Assembly: GCA_002269645.1 (NCBI GenBank)
Contig: NIVC01003045.1
Coordinates: forward strand, 13,703 to 77,702
Reading direction: 5' to 3'
Source: Macrostomum lignano
Lineage: Eukaryota
DNA: 64,000 nt
Of the stretch, positions 52,201-64,000 are shown one piece after another (position 1 is the stretch's first letter; each line of letters begins with the position of its first letter). The notes beneath the pieces are model-generated. The model was not told the origin of the DNA. It did not search any database and saw nothing but the letters and a program-made list of their open reading frames with translations. A program made the position numbers and the translations under genes.

Positions 52201-55200
52201 TGCAAGAGAACAAAACTTTGTTTTATTTTTTTACTTTTGTTTTATTTTTTCTTGTTTTATTATCCAAAATGGCATATAAACAAGAGGAAACAATGGTCTC
52301 CTTGCTAGATCTTTCTACAACCCTAATAACAGTACTAATGGTTTAGATAAATGGCAAGAATAAATACCTTTTCATCTAATTAGTAATAATTAGATGGGCA
52401 TTTTTGCGATTATAGAGAAAAAAGCCTAAAAACTAGAGAATATTTAATTGGAGTTAAATTGAAGCAGTAAGTGGGCGCTAGGCCCAAACTGATATATTTA
52501 TACTAGACAAACTTTGGGGGTTAAGCCCATAATAATGAGAGGGGTGGAGTGTGCGACTGAAGAGAAAGGTGAGAATGGAGAGCCAATCAGAAGGCAGTAA
52601 GGGAAAAAGATAGGAATAACAAGATTGAGCTAGACAGAGAGAGAAAACAGAATAAACAGAGAAAAATGAAGGTGAACTAAAAAATGACTAGGAACGTTGC
52701 AACAACAACTTAACAGTAAGAATACCAAGCCATTTTTCTGCGCATCAAACTACCAAGAGGGGGGGAAACCCCCCCCCTGACAATTTTTTTTGTCAGAGAA
52801 ATTTGCATCAGGGTATCCATAGTCACTTGGTGTCATCTGTGACTTGGTGACAGTGTCGGGATGATGATAGAATGCTTAAGAGACTAGTTGAGAATGTCTA
52901 GCAGTTGAGGCTTGCCCACTGTCAAGGCTTGATTGGTGAAACTCGAGAAATTTGCATCAAGGTGTTCATAGTCACCTGGTGCCACCTGTTGAAGGTCTAG
53001 AAGCTCTGTCTCAGTGAAGGCCAGTAACCAACAAAGTTAGAACTAATGCAGACAGGTGTTCGACATGTTGATGAAATTTGGAGGCTTGGCAAGGCTGCAC
53101 TGAGGCGCAGTGCTAATTGGTACATAGGGGTGTATTGAATACACTGGCGCTTATAGGAAAGATCCGACCTTTCGGCAGAATTGTCAAATATCTCGATGGT
53201 CCAAAGGGCTAGGGACTGGATTCTTGTTTGAGAAGGTGTGCAACAAAAAGTTAGCCTGTGTTCTTGAATTTCGTGTGCCTGCGTTGCTCTATTCCAGCAT
53301 AGCAAAAAAATTGTTAGGGGGTAGGAAAATTCCCCCCCCCCTCTTGGTAGTTCTACTGTTAATCTGAGCTTCTTCAGAGACAAGATGTAATGCTCTACAT
53401 TGACAGTTGTGTTTGGCTCTAGAAAGTTGATAGTCAGAAGGCCATGGCAATCAAAAAAGCAGCAGCATCAGCTTCTGGCAATGAACTTCTTGATAAGCCT
53501 TGCTTGGAAGGTCGGAACCCCTTATTGCCCAGACCTTTGACTCTTCTTTTGTTGGGGGGTCAAAGTGAGGCAGCCAGGTTTCATCACCTGTGACAATGAG
53601 CTGTCAAAAGGCCTCCTACCTGCCTCGCTCTTTGAGAAACCTGAGATTGCTCTTGTACATGTTCTGTTGCTGTGCTTTTATCTCCAGTGTGAGAAGCCTC
53701 GAAACCCACCTGGCACTGAGCTTGATGAGATCTATGCTGCAGATGCAATGATAAACTATGGACTTTGGCATATCTAGTCTGTTAACAATTTCCCTGATGG
53801 TAAGGCAAGCATCATCTTCAAACAGATCCAAAATTTGATTGCTCAAAGTCTTGGATGTGGACATCCTTGGCTGACCACATTTTGGCCATGCCGTCACATT
53901 GGTTCAACCAGCCTCAAACTCTTCAATCTACCAGTAAATCGTGCTCTTGATCACTGTGTGCTATTTATGGATATACTGCAGTTTACTTAAAATCTCCAAT
54001 CCATTGTGTCCAAGGCTCCATAGAGTAAAAATGGCATGGTACTACCCCTTTTTTGAGTGGATGTCCAACATGTTGGCACAAACTTTGTTGCTTCAGAAGC
54101 GCAAGTTGACAAGATGTCTGGCTTAGCTGTGCCATCCATGTAAAGCTTAGTATCAGCTGGCTTTAATGATACTGCATATGTTCATAGTTTTGGTATTCAG
54201 CCCATAGACATGCGTTACTATATCTTATCTTATTAACATAATTCAAAATATATTGCATAGATAGATAAAGCCACTTTAATGAAATGTCAATGTCATTTAT
54301 GTATCTGACTCTAGCTATGAACTATGTTGAAAAGTCCCACTACTTTTTGGACACCCCTTGTAAATCAGTTTTTTGGTCAAAAGGATCATAGTCCTAATGT
54401 AAATTTCCCATAAAGAAACCCAAAATATTTCTTTCATAAAAAATAGAATAATTTTTTTATTCCTCAACCAAATTTAACAAATGAGGCCATTTTAGACTTC
54501 TGTCACTTAGATCTATCTAGCTAAGAAATAAAAATTATAGAAATATAAAATTTCAAGATCTCACTGGAGTCCCTAGATATAGCATTCTTGTTTTCATATA
54601 AAATATTAATACAAATTACATGAATAATTGCAAACTAATTGGACTTAGGAATGAAAGGAAATATATTGAAATCTAGGCTGAAGTCTTAGATTGTAGATAA
54701 AACAGGTGCCTAATAGTTCCCACTATTTAGTAGGCTTGCTTTAGCATGCCTAGCTCTACTACCTAGTAACAATGATAGTAAACAAGCATTCTTAGACTTG
54801 GTAAACATCCTGACAAATAAGCGCAATTGCCTGTCAGGTGATATGATCAGAGCAGCCTTGCAAGTAAAGTACAACCTCAAATCAGCAATAAAGCTTAAGC
54901 TATGGCTTCAATTTTAGCAAATCACTTATTGTTGTTGCATGAACTGCGTCCCAACATTATAGGCAAAGAGAATGCAAATGGCATGCTTTAGAAGCAGAGG
55001 CAAATATTAAGAAGAGGTGAGAATTAGAGAAGGCCTAGCATCAATGCCTGCAAGCAGAGATTTGGAAGGCCAAAGAGCAGCAGCAGAAGAAAAAGAACTG
55101 AGTAAACAAGAGGCTACTGCCACTGCTATGCTGCAGGTGTATCAAGAAGCAACGAAAAACATTCAACAGCTATGCAAGGGTCTTGCTGCCAGTGCTAAGA

Positions 55201-55909
55201 AGCAAAAGTAACTTTGTGTAACTTTGTGAACATGTGAGACTGTCACACTAGACACCATCCCAGACAGCTACCCATCCTTTCCTGCCTAGAGTTAGGCAAG
55301 GCCATTTAATATTCAAGCAATTTAATTTATAAGTTTCATTTCATATTTTTATTTCTATTTTAAAGTTTTATATTTTTCTCATAATTGTAGGTTTCTTGTC
55401 TATCCTTGTTGAAATTTTCAATCTTCTACAAAATCTTGTAATAAAATCTGCCATTGTACTTTTTTAAAATGCTTAATTAGGCTTCAATTCAATTAGGCTA
55501 TTCAGTCAATATTGTAATCGTATGTACTTAACTCTTTCTTTGGCTAGACTAAAATAGTCTGAAGTTCAAAAACCTTAAATGTATTCATATCCATCATTAA
55601 AATATAATTTATATGAAATATAATCTACCAAAATTCTGAAAATGGGTTAGGTGCAAGTGCCATGCCACAAGTTCTTAACATGTTATCTCAAATAAATTAG
55701 AACTTTTTTAGGAAAAAATCTAGAAATATTCAGGCAAAGACTGCCAAGATACATTGCTCAGCTAATAAAAAAGCCCCAAAACATCCAGTTTCAAAGCAAG
55801 AAATTTTGGAGGAAATTTTTTCTTGCAGAGGAAACTTTACAGTTAATACCAAGTGGCAACACTATCCCCAAATCATTGCTCCTTAGTGACAAGAGAGACA
55901 AGCAAAATA

Positions 55910-57240
55910 CAAGGGGTGCGCAAAAAGTTTTGGCAACTGGGTTCCCAATTGCAGATAAATTGTTAGTAAATCTTAAAACGTTATTAAAGTCCTTCAATGT
56001 AATCTCCGCCACGTTCTATGCATTTCTGGTGACGGCGGATCCATGCCTCGAAGGCAGCGCGGTACTCTGAAGCTGGCATGGTGTTCAGCTCTGAATTAAT
56101 GCGGCGAGCCAGGTCTTGGGGCCGCTGAAAATGGCATCCAGCCATGCATTCGGTCAGCTTTGGGAATGCCCAGAAGTCACAGGGTGCCAAATCAGGACTG
56201 TACGGAGGGTGCGGTATCACTTTGAGCTTGTTATTGGCCAAAAAGCTTGTTGTCATGGCCGCAGTGTGGCTGGAGGCATTGTCGTGGTGCAAGTGAATTC
56301 TGCCACTTTGGAGGCAGGTTGGCTGCTTTTCCATGACTGAAGCCACGACTTTAGGCAAAACCTTGCCAGTATAGAACGTGGCATTGACGTTCTGTCCATT
56401 TGGCACCATAACAACTGTCTCTGGCCCATTGATGCTGAAAAAGACGACGAACATCTGCTTCCTTGAGTGAAACCCTGGGCGCAGAACAGTTGGACGGTCT
56501 TCATCGGAACCAATCCAAACCTTGTTTTGGTTCTTGTGAGGCACTTGGAAGTAGTAGAACCACTTCTCATCGCCAGTCACGACATCAGTAAGTCGTTTAG
56601 TGCCACCTTCGCCGAAGCATCGCAGAAATTCTTGGCTGCATCGAACCCTCTCCTGCTTCTGCTCTGCTGTCAGTGCATGAGGTACCCAAGGGGCCGTGAC
56701 CTTGCGGAAGCCAAGATGGTCATGCAAGATGGTTCGGACACTGCCATCAGAAATGCCGATTGTCTGGCTAAGTAGTGCAACAGTGATATTGCGATCTTCG
56801 TCCACCAGCTGTCACATAGCAACAATGTTCTGCTCGGTCACGGATGTCATTGGCCTCCCAGAACAAGGGCTGTCGGTCATGGAGCGTCAACCAGCACTGA
56901 CCAATTCAATCCAACGGGCGACGGTGCGGTACGAAGGGGCTTGATCTGCTACAACTTGGACTAGCTCGGCATGAATTTTGGTGGCATTTTCTCCAAGCTG
57001 CGATCGCATGAAAACATAAAATCTCCACTGATCAGCAGTGATATTTTCCATTTGAAGGCTGAAAACGAGACTGTTCGTTAATCAAAATGCTCTAGGAAGC
57101 GAAAGAATCAATGCAATGAGCTGAAAACTTATGGACAAACGCAAAATATGGTCATATTTATGAGATTAAAAAATGGCTACGTTTAAACGTTTATTTAAAA
57201 AGTTATGAGCCAGTTGCCAAGACTTTTTGCGCACCCCTCG
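55910..57240 (-). mobile_element. Full-length (1331 bp) mariner DD34D element with inactivated transposase (57051-55984)
   Basis: 31-bp TIRs C(A/G)AGGGGTGCGCAAAAAGT(T/C)TTGGCAACTGG; TA TSD at 55908-55909 and 57241-57242. Motifs WVPHAL, TGDEKW, HHDNA-34 aa-PCDF and YSPDLAP; in-frame TGA at codons 55 and 80. Confidence 0.96.
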
Positions 57241-57779
57241 TAGCTACATTACAGAAAAAAGGACAAAACATCACATAGACACCTCAACAAATAATGCATT
57301 GGAACCCCTGAACTTCAATTCTGTTAGCATAGCTACTGCAAATCAGATGACCATAGAAGCAGCAGTAGCAAGACACTCTAGACAAATAGGCCAGCTATGA
57401 CCAGTCTATAGAGCAGTGCCACTATTGCCATCTCCAATGTCTTGCAAGTTGCAGCTAGGTTCTGGTCGATTAGGGCCTGGCATATGGGCAACAGAGCCAG
57501 AACTGCTGCTGCTAGGGCCTGGCTGGTCACCTTCAGGCTGGTGGTCACCATCTAGCTAGTCACCATCCAACTGATCACCATCAAGCTAGTGATCAATTTC
57601 TGGCTAATTATCATCAGGCTAGTGGTCACCATCTGGCTGGTCACCATTAGGCTAGTGATCACCATCTAGCTAGTCACTAGCAGGTGGGTAATCACTCTCC
57701 AGCTGGTCAATGTCCAGTTGGTTATTGGCAGCAAGATGGTCAGGTGGTCAGGCTAAAGTGCAGCAAGCAAAAAATGGAT

Positions 57780-58090
57780 TGCCACTTGAGCCAGTCTATG
57801 CAACACCTTGATGGGGATGATTTGCTTACTACTTAGCAGTTTGTACACCCAACATATTCCAATATTCTTCATGATAAATGGCACCTTTTGCATTCAACAG
57901 ATCACCTGGCCAAGCAGCAGCCTTGACATGTTGGCAAAGTAGGTTGAGCACATGCTATGAGTGAGTGATAGGTATTGGTTGATAATGAAGTCCCAGAGGT
58001 TGGGATGTGCACTCTTAACAAATGTCCTCTAGCAGTTGTGGTACAATTCCTGCTTGCTATTTGTCCTTTCATCGCAATTGTGCACAGAGA
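57780..58090 (-). pseudogene. Decayed Mutator-like (MULE) transposase C-terminal fragment
   Basis: Minus frame reads ERTNSKQELYHNC*RTFVKSAHPNLWDFIINQ, resembling the RTNNxxExxHxxL...HPNxWxFI motif of metazoan MULE transposases. Confidence 0.45.
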
Positions 58091-59080
58091 TTATATCTAT
58101 GCCTATCTTCTATAGCTAGAATATCTAGACATACTTGTGAGTACAGTTCAGCTGCTATAGCTTCTGTGCCAAAATGGAGGTGTTGAATATACATTATTTG
58201 GGTGCAAAATTGCATGGACTGGAGCAATCATTGCTGCTAGCAGCAGAGGAAGACATGTTAGAAGCCGAGAGTAGTTTGGGATTTCAGCATGGTGAGAAAC
58301 ATCTGACTAGAGACCCAGTTTCTTCAGCTTAGCCAATAGCCAGGATAGCCTTAGCAACTTGGAACTAGTAGCCATGGATGCTAGCTTCCTGATGAAACTC
58401 TAAGGAGGTCTTGTAAATAGCTAATTCCAAATCAGCCATTAGGCTGGCAGGCTAGAAGCATAATCATATGTTGTTGAGCTTTGTCCACACCATATAATAG
58501 GTATCTTTCAATTTCTCTATTAATTGTGCAAAAAATGGAAAGAAGTAGCTACATTTGGTGATGCCAATGGTAAAAAGTTGATAAAAAAAGCCTTGGTGTC
58601 ACATAAAAAGTTCCATTAGCAAAAACTTAGTCAGCACTTTCCAGTTTATGTAGCAGGATAAGATTGGCAAAAAAGATTGCTACCTGTCCATTGGCTTGCA
58701 TGCTGCCTTGGTATACCTTGCTAGGTACACTGTCAGCATCATAGTATTGCAAAGTGTTGTCACCATTCAGCATCTGGATAGCAACTTTAATAGAATTAGG
58801 AATTCTGGGCTGAATGGTGCATCTAGCATAGTGTGTTCTGCTCAACCTGTGGGAAAGCCATAGTATCTTGTGCTGGATCCCTGCTTAATACAAGGTCAAA
58901 CACAGTTCAAAGATGCTTGGATGGCTGATTCACAATAGCCTTACTGAGCTCTTACTTCAATGTGAGGACTCAAAGCTGTTCTTCACTCTGAGGAGCATGG
59001 TTGTAGATACTATTAGTGCTTAGAATGTTGCCATTAAGCACTGCATTGGCATTGCAAGTCATAGTGCAACATTTGAAGTA

Positions 59081-60845
59081 CTTACTTACTTACTACTGAT
59101 GGGGGGGTGCAGGCGCCGCGAATAGGCCGCGAGGCCCCTATCGCAACCCCAAGGTAAAAGAGCACAAGGATTAACCCTGGGGTGCGCCCAGTCCCCGCCA
59201 GTAGTCGGCAGGTTCCCGGAGTCCCGGACGAAGGCGCGCAGGTCACGGATATTGTCCGGGGTGGTCAGCTCGTCCATCCGCTGGGGGTGGCCGAGGTATT
59301 TGTGCCGCGCCTTGTTGAAGTAAGGGCAAAAAGTGACGTGATGCTCTGCAGTCTCCTCTCCTATGCCACAGAAAGGACAGGTGGGAGGGCAACCGGTTTG
59401 CAATGATATATGTCTCTGGAAGAATCCATGGCCGGTTAGGACCATGCACATCTCCCTGAGGTCGGTTCTGTTAAGCGAAATCAGATAATCAGAGACTTTC
59501 CTGTTCAGGTTAGGCATGGCAGAGCGGCTCTGCCTGTACTCGGTGCAGCTGTTCCAGTGGAGGTGGTGCTGCTGATGGAGCCACCTGTTGATATGGTGGG
59601 TGACTTGCGACCTAGGAGTGGGTAGCCTCATCAGACGATGGTTGCCGTCTGGGTTGCTGCCCTCCTTGGCGAGAGAGTCTGCAAGCTCGTTGCCCAGGAT
59701 GTTGCTGTGACCAGGTGTCCAGATAATTCTAATCCTGTTAAGGACTGAGAGAGATTGCACACTGCGGTGGCATTGAGATACTGTAGTAGCGGAGATATTC
59801 TCAGTGGTTAAGGCCTTAATAGCAGCTTGGCTATCAGTGTAGAAATTAATGTCAAAGTTATTAATGTTCGCCTGAAGCAGTTGCTGGGCACACTGCTCAA
59901 TGGCGCAAATTTCAGCTTGGAAAACTGAGGTGTTTTCACCAAGGTGCAGACTTTCCTGGAAAAGCATCTTACCCTTGTGGAAAATGGCAATACCCGTTCC
60001 AGCATGGCCGTTGAACAGTGAGCCGTCAGTGAAGCAGTGAATGCCCTGGCTGCGCCGGTTCACACCGACATCCAGCGGAATATTGTCTCGGCCAGGGATG
60101 GTGGTCTTGAAGCCCCTCCTGATGTTGAGGGCGGGAGGTCGACTATCCACATTACCCAGGTCCATGTGGATGTTGTTGAGGTCGCGGCGGACAAAGTCCA
60201 TATGCGGGATTAATGTTTTCATTGGCATAAAGCCAGAGGGTGCGTTATTTAACGTTTTATCTCTGATAAGCCGGGAGGCAGACTTCATAGCCTCCGCCCT
60301 AATGAATAGGTGAAGCGGAGGCAGGTTAAGGATAGTGTTCAGCCCCTCATAGGGGGTAGACGGGTACGCACCTGTGATGGCACAGCAAATGCTGCCCTGA
60401 AGCTGGTACAGGCACTGATGGGCGGTCTTCTGCTCCAACACGCTAGTCCAGATGAGACTCGCATATGTGATACTGGGCCGGATGATGCCGGTGTAAATCC
60501 AACGGACCGTTCTAGGTGAGAGGCCCCAAGTCGGCCCGATGGCTCTGCGCAGCTGGGCAAAGCAGCGTTTTGCCCGACCGATGATGTTATCAAGGTGCTT
60601 CGTCCAGCGCAGGTCATGCGTTAGCGTCACACCAAGGTATTTGACCTCCTTCTTGAAGGGGATGTTTCTGCCATAGACAGTGAGGTTTTTCATCTCCCAT
60701 GCATGGCGCTTGGTGAAAACGACAGCGACAGTCTTAGTGACGCTGATATTTAGGCCATGCTGCGTAGCCCAGTCGGCCGCCTTGTCGGCGAATTGCTGCA
60801 TCAGGTTGCGCAGAGTGGCGGGGTCGGGTCCGCTGACAACCGCGG
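59081..60845 (-). mobile_element. Young 5'-truncated I-group non-LTR retrotransposon (Loa/Lian-like): RT C-terminus + RNase H + CCHC
   Basis: Stop-free ORF with VKYLGVTL, RNase H motifs FTDGS/QAEI/YTDSQ/WTPGHS/NELAD and CPFC...HHVTFC; (GTAA)n tail; exact 11-bp TSD CATTTGAAGTA at 59070-59080 and 60846-60856; stem-loops in the 3' region (59117-59182). Confidence 0.93.
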
Positions 60846-62799
60846 CATTTGAAGTATTCTTTGCCATTGTACTTATGGTTGCCTATAAACAGATGCCACT
60901 CATAAAGGAGTAATCTAGAGCCTCATTGGCCTTCAACAAATTGGAAGGCCATTGTCAATGCAAATCAAGATGTCTATGGCTATACATATGGCAAGGTGAT
61001 CTACAAAACAGTGGGAAGAGTGGGAGCAAATTAGGATTTAAACAAATTTAGACAAAATTGGAAATGACAGGACAAAATTTGATCTACAAGTAATAGTATC
61101 CTGCCTACTAGCATGACATTTTATTTTTAAGTTTTTCTGAAAAATTGAACTAATTACCAAAAATGTTAAAAGACAGAAAATACTGGAAAGCTTTTATTAC
61201 TAAGCTACAGTACTTGATGACTGCTACAAGGTGAAAAAAGATTTCTTTTTAGAATTAGGCTACTTGTTTCATTTCTAATAAGTAAAGAGTACTTGATAAT
61301 TTGCAAAAAAACAATTACAATTGCCAATGGGGTATTTGAAAAAAATGGACATAAGATAATTTTTTTACCTTTATCATACCTGTGTTTGCAAAATGTATAA
61401 ATTAAATATAAAAGGTCAAATAAGCTAAAAATAGGATTCTACCAATGTATAATTAATTAAAGAGAATTGAATTCTATATCAAATTGGCTCAAGAATTGCA
61501 AATTGTTGCTAATAAAATAATTTATAACTAGGAATGAATGAAGTAATAGAAAAAGTTTTGTCTTTAGGGCACACTAAGACTATTCATTCATTTTAGGCAT
61601 AATCACTTTTAGCCCAAAAACACTATTTTCAGATGCCATATTTTTTATTTGACATCCTGGCATCAAAAAAACCAATGTCATAGGACATTCTGGGTCTAAA
61701 AACTAGATATCAAAACCTTTTTAGGGTTTGATGCATCTATTATTGGTATCAAATTTTGGACCCTAGATGCCATAAAGTATCTGACTTCTAAGAAACTCAG
61801 CACTAGGACATACTTTAGTCAAGCCAGGTCTAATATATAAGTAATAATAAGAAACTATTAGTCTAAGTAAAAAACTATCCAATTCTCAAATTCAAGTTAA
61901 TCTAACACTAATAGCCAATACCTAACCACAAACATAGCCAAAACACAACATAAACTTCAATTCATAAAATTATATAATATACAAAAACTAAATGTGTCAT
62001 AGAAATTAAATGGAGCTGCATAGTGAAACTTGGATTCTATTCCTAATATAGCTTATTTGGGCTTATGCACATTGAATTTAATCCAAGATACATTTGCCAA
62101 TGTAACAGAACTTTTGTCTATGGTAGCAAGGCTGGCGCAGTGGCATTTGATTTGGTCCAACAAGCATCAATTTGGTCCAAATGCTTGTGAGCCAATGGCA
62201 AACTCTTGCCTTCTTGCAACTGCCTAAAGGTTGTTGCGCACCGCTGGAGTATTTAGCATCTGTATTCCCGCCTGGCAAATTTTGGCCTTGTCCTCTGGCA
62301 ATTCATCTGGCTGCAATTCTGGTTTTCATCTGGGAGTGTAATGTCATTTGAAAACTGGAGAAAAGCTGAAAGTTTTGTCTACAAACCAGACAAACACGTT
62401 TCATGTCTCCAGTTTCATCTGGAATTGAATCCAACATATATCCAAAAATATCTCCAGTTTGCTACCCGAGAAATACTGGAGGATAACTGGAAAAATATCC
62501 AGATTAAAACCAGACAATTGTCCTATTGTAGGCAGTACAGGAGGAATTCTAGATGAAAAGCAGGCCAAATGCACAAAAGCCATTGTATTTTGTAACTCAG
62601 TCATAGAGTGCATACATAGAACATCTGTCATTTGTTGTCTGATTATATACTAAGGTAAAACGAATAATTTGACTTTACTTTGCTCGTTTATCAAAGAAAT
62701 ATATTAGACCCTGAAGAAAGCCTCGTTCTAGCTGAAATATTGGTCATTTTCTAGTTTAAGTGTGAAGTAGCTTCCACTTTGTGTGTGGTTTGTTTTACG

Positions 62800-62897
<98 letters not shown>

Positions 62898-62949
62898 CAT
62901 CTATTCATCCATCCGTCTATCTATCAATGATCCATCTATCTATCTATCT
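62800..62949. repeat. (TATC)n microsatellite
   Basis: Directly visible, degenerate at the right end. Confidence 0.97.
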
Positions 62950-63625
62950 AGAGGGATCATTGATGGCAAAAGTGTATAATGCATTCCATTTTGCTACTTG
63001 TATACACACTGTAAAACAGCATTTATTATAAAAAGAAAGTCACATTATTATTCATCAAATGTGCATTAATAATTGCAACATTCGGAATATTAGCATGGGT
63101 GTATTAGGTAGAAAATCATTTTATTTCGTCGAAGCAAAATAACATTAAAATTATAGCAAAAGGGCTTGTTTAGTAAGACATTATAAACAGCTTTAAACTT
63201 ACTGATATGACATCATGAAGTTTGTGCATAATATATTCACTGGATATGCACTCCCAATTTTTTATTATATAGATGGAGAACTGCATAATATCATTTCAAT
63301 GCTTTTGGTGTGATAGCTTAATGTCTTTACAAATTTTGTATCTTTTTTAAAATGGTCAAGTAACTGAAATATGAGACAATCCTATAAATAAAACTGCATA
63401 ACTCATATAGAAGTCGCTTGAGCTGCCAAAACTATTGAGCAGACAAGTTTTTTAAAGAGAATTACTAGAAAGACGCTGGGTGCTACCTTGTCAAGGGTAC
63501 CCCCACAGCAAGGGTTTTGCTACTCCTTAAAAAGGGGGTCTACTATACCCCAGTATGCTCGCTTTTGGGCTACATAAAAGCTTCTAGTAAAACATAATAA
63601 AAATTTTGTCATGTGTCCTGTCAGG

Positions 63626-64000
63626 TTTTAGAGAATGTGATATTTAGGGATTGTGATGTGTCTTGTAAGATGTTAGAGAATGTGATATTTAGGGATTGTG
63701 ATGTGTCTTATAAGATTTTAGAGAATGTGATATTTAGGGATTGTGATGTGTCTTGTAAGATGTTAGAGAATGTGATATTTAGGGATTGTGATGTGTCTTA
63801 CAAGATTTTAGAGAATGTGATATTTAGGGATTGTGATGTGTCTTGTAAGATGTTAGAGAATGTGATATTTAGGGATTGTGATGTGTCTTATAAGATTTTA
63901 GAGAATGTGATATTTAGGGATTGTGATGTGTCTTGTAAGATGTTAGAGAATGTGATATTTAGGGATTGTGATGTGTCTTATAAGATGTTAGAGAATGTGA
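63626..64000. repeat. 45-bp satellite with 90-bp dimeric higher-order unit, cut by window edge
   Basis: GAGAATGTGA every 45 bp; units alternate CTTGTAAGATGTT and CTTATAAGATTTT. Confidence 0.95.

Larger units (their letters stand above)
38687..55676. other. 8.5-kb tandem segmental duplication (copy 1 38687-47163; 32-bp junction 47164-47195; copy 2 47196-55676)
   Basis: All track ORFs recur at offsets 8509-8513. Visible differences are a (TA)n length, single-base G/C run lengths and one SNP (41796 C vs 50307 A). Confidence 0.97.

Noticed and set aside
61071-61092. ACAAAATTTGATCTACAAGTA, loosely like the miR-10 reverse complement
   Set aside because: Several mismatches including the seed region and no pairing arm nearby.

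Overview
Eukaryotic (bilaterian, probably protostome) genomic DNA. The GC-rich, minisatellite-laden style would fit a free-living flatworm such as Macrostomum, but that is inference only. The only host protein-coding gene I can support is a three-exon Hox paralog-group-3 gene on + (28221-28488, 33844-34117, 34434-34809): YPWM hexapeptide, long linker, PG3 homeodomain, polyQ tail, with splice phases that join exactly. About 9.6 kb upstream on the minus strand is a miR-993 (miR-10 family) hairpin (18561-18652) with a TATA box, the position miR-993 holds in intact protostome Hox clusters (5' of Hox3). The left 37 kb is CpG-retaining, has no recognisable coding transposon, and about 45% of its first 32 kb consists of some 20 different tandem arrays. 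The right 27 kb is a transposon graveyard: RTE LINE fragments, a 4-kb TIR element with 9-bp TSD, MITEs, mariner, hAT and MULE relics, a young Loa/Lian-like LINE, and an almost perfect 8.5-kb tandem duplication. Its older layers are nearly devoid of CpG and show C>T/G>A changes ending in TpA. Most long ORFs in the supplied track are repeat-derived artefacts.
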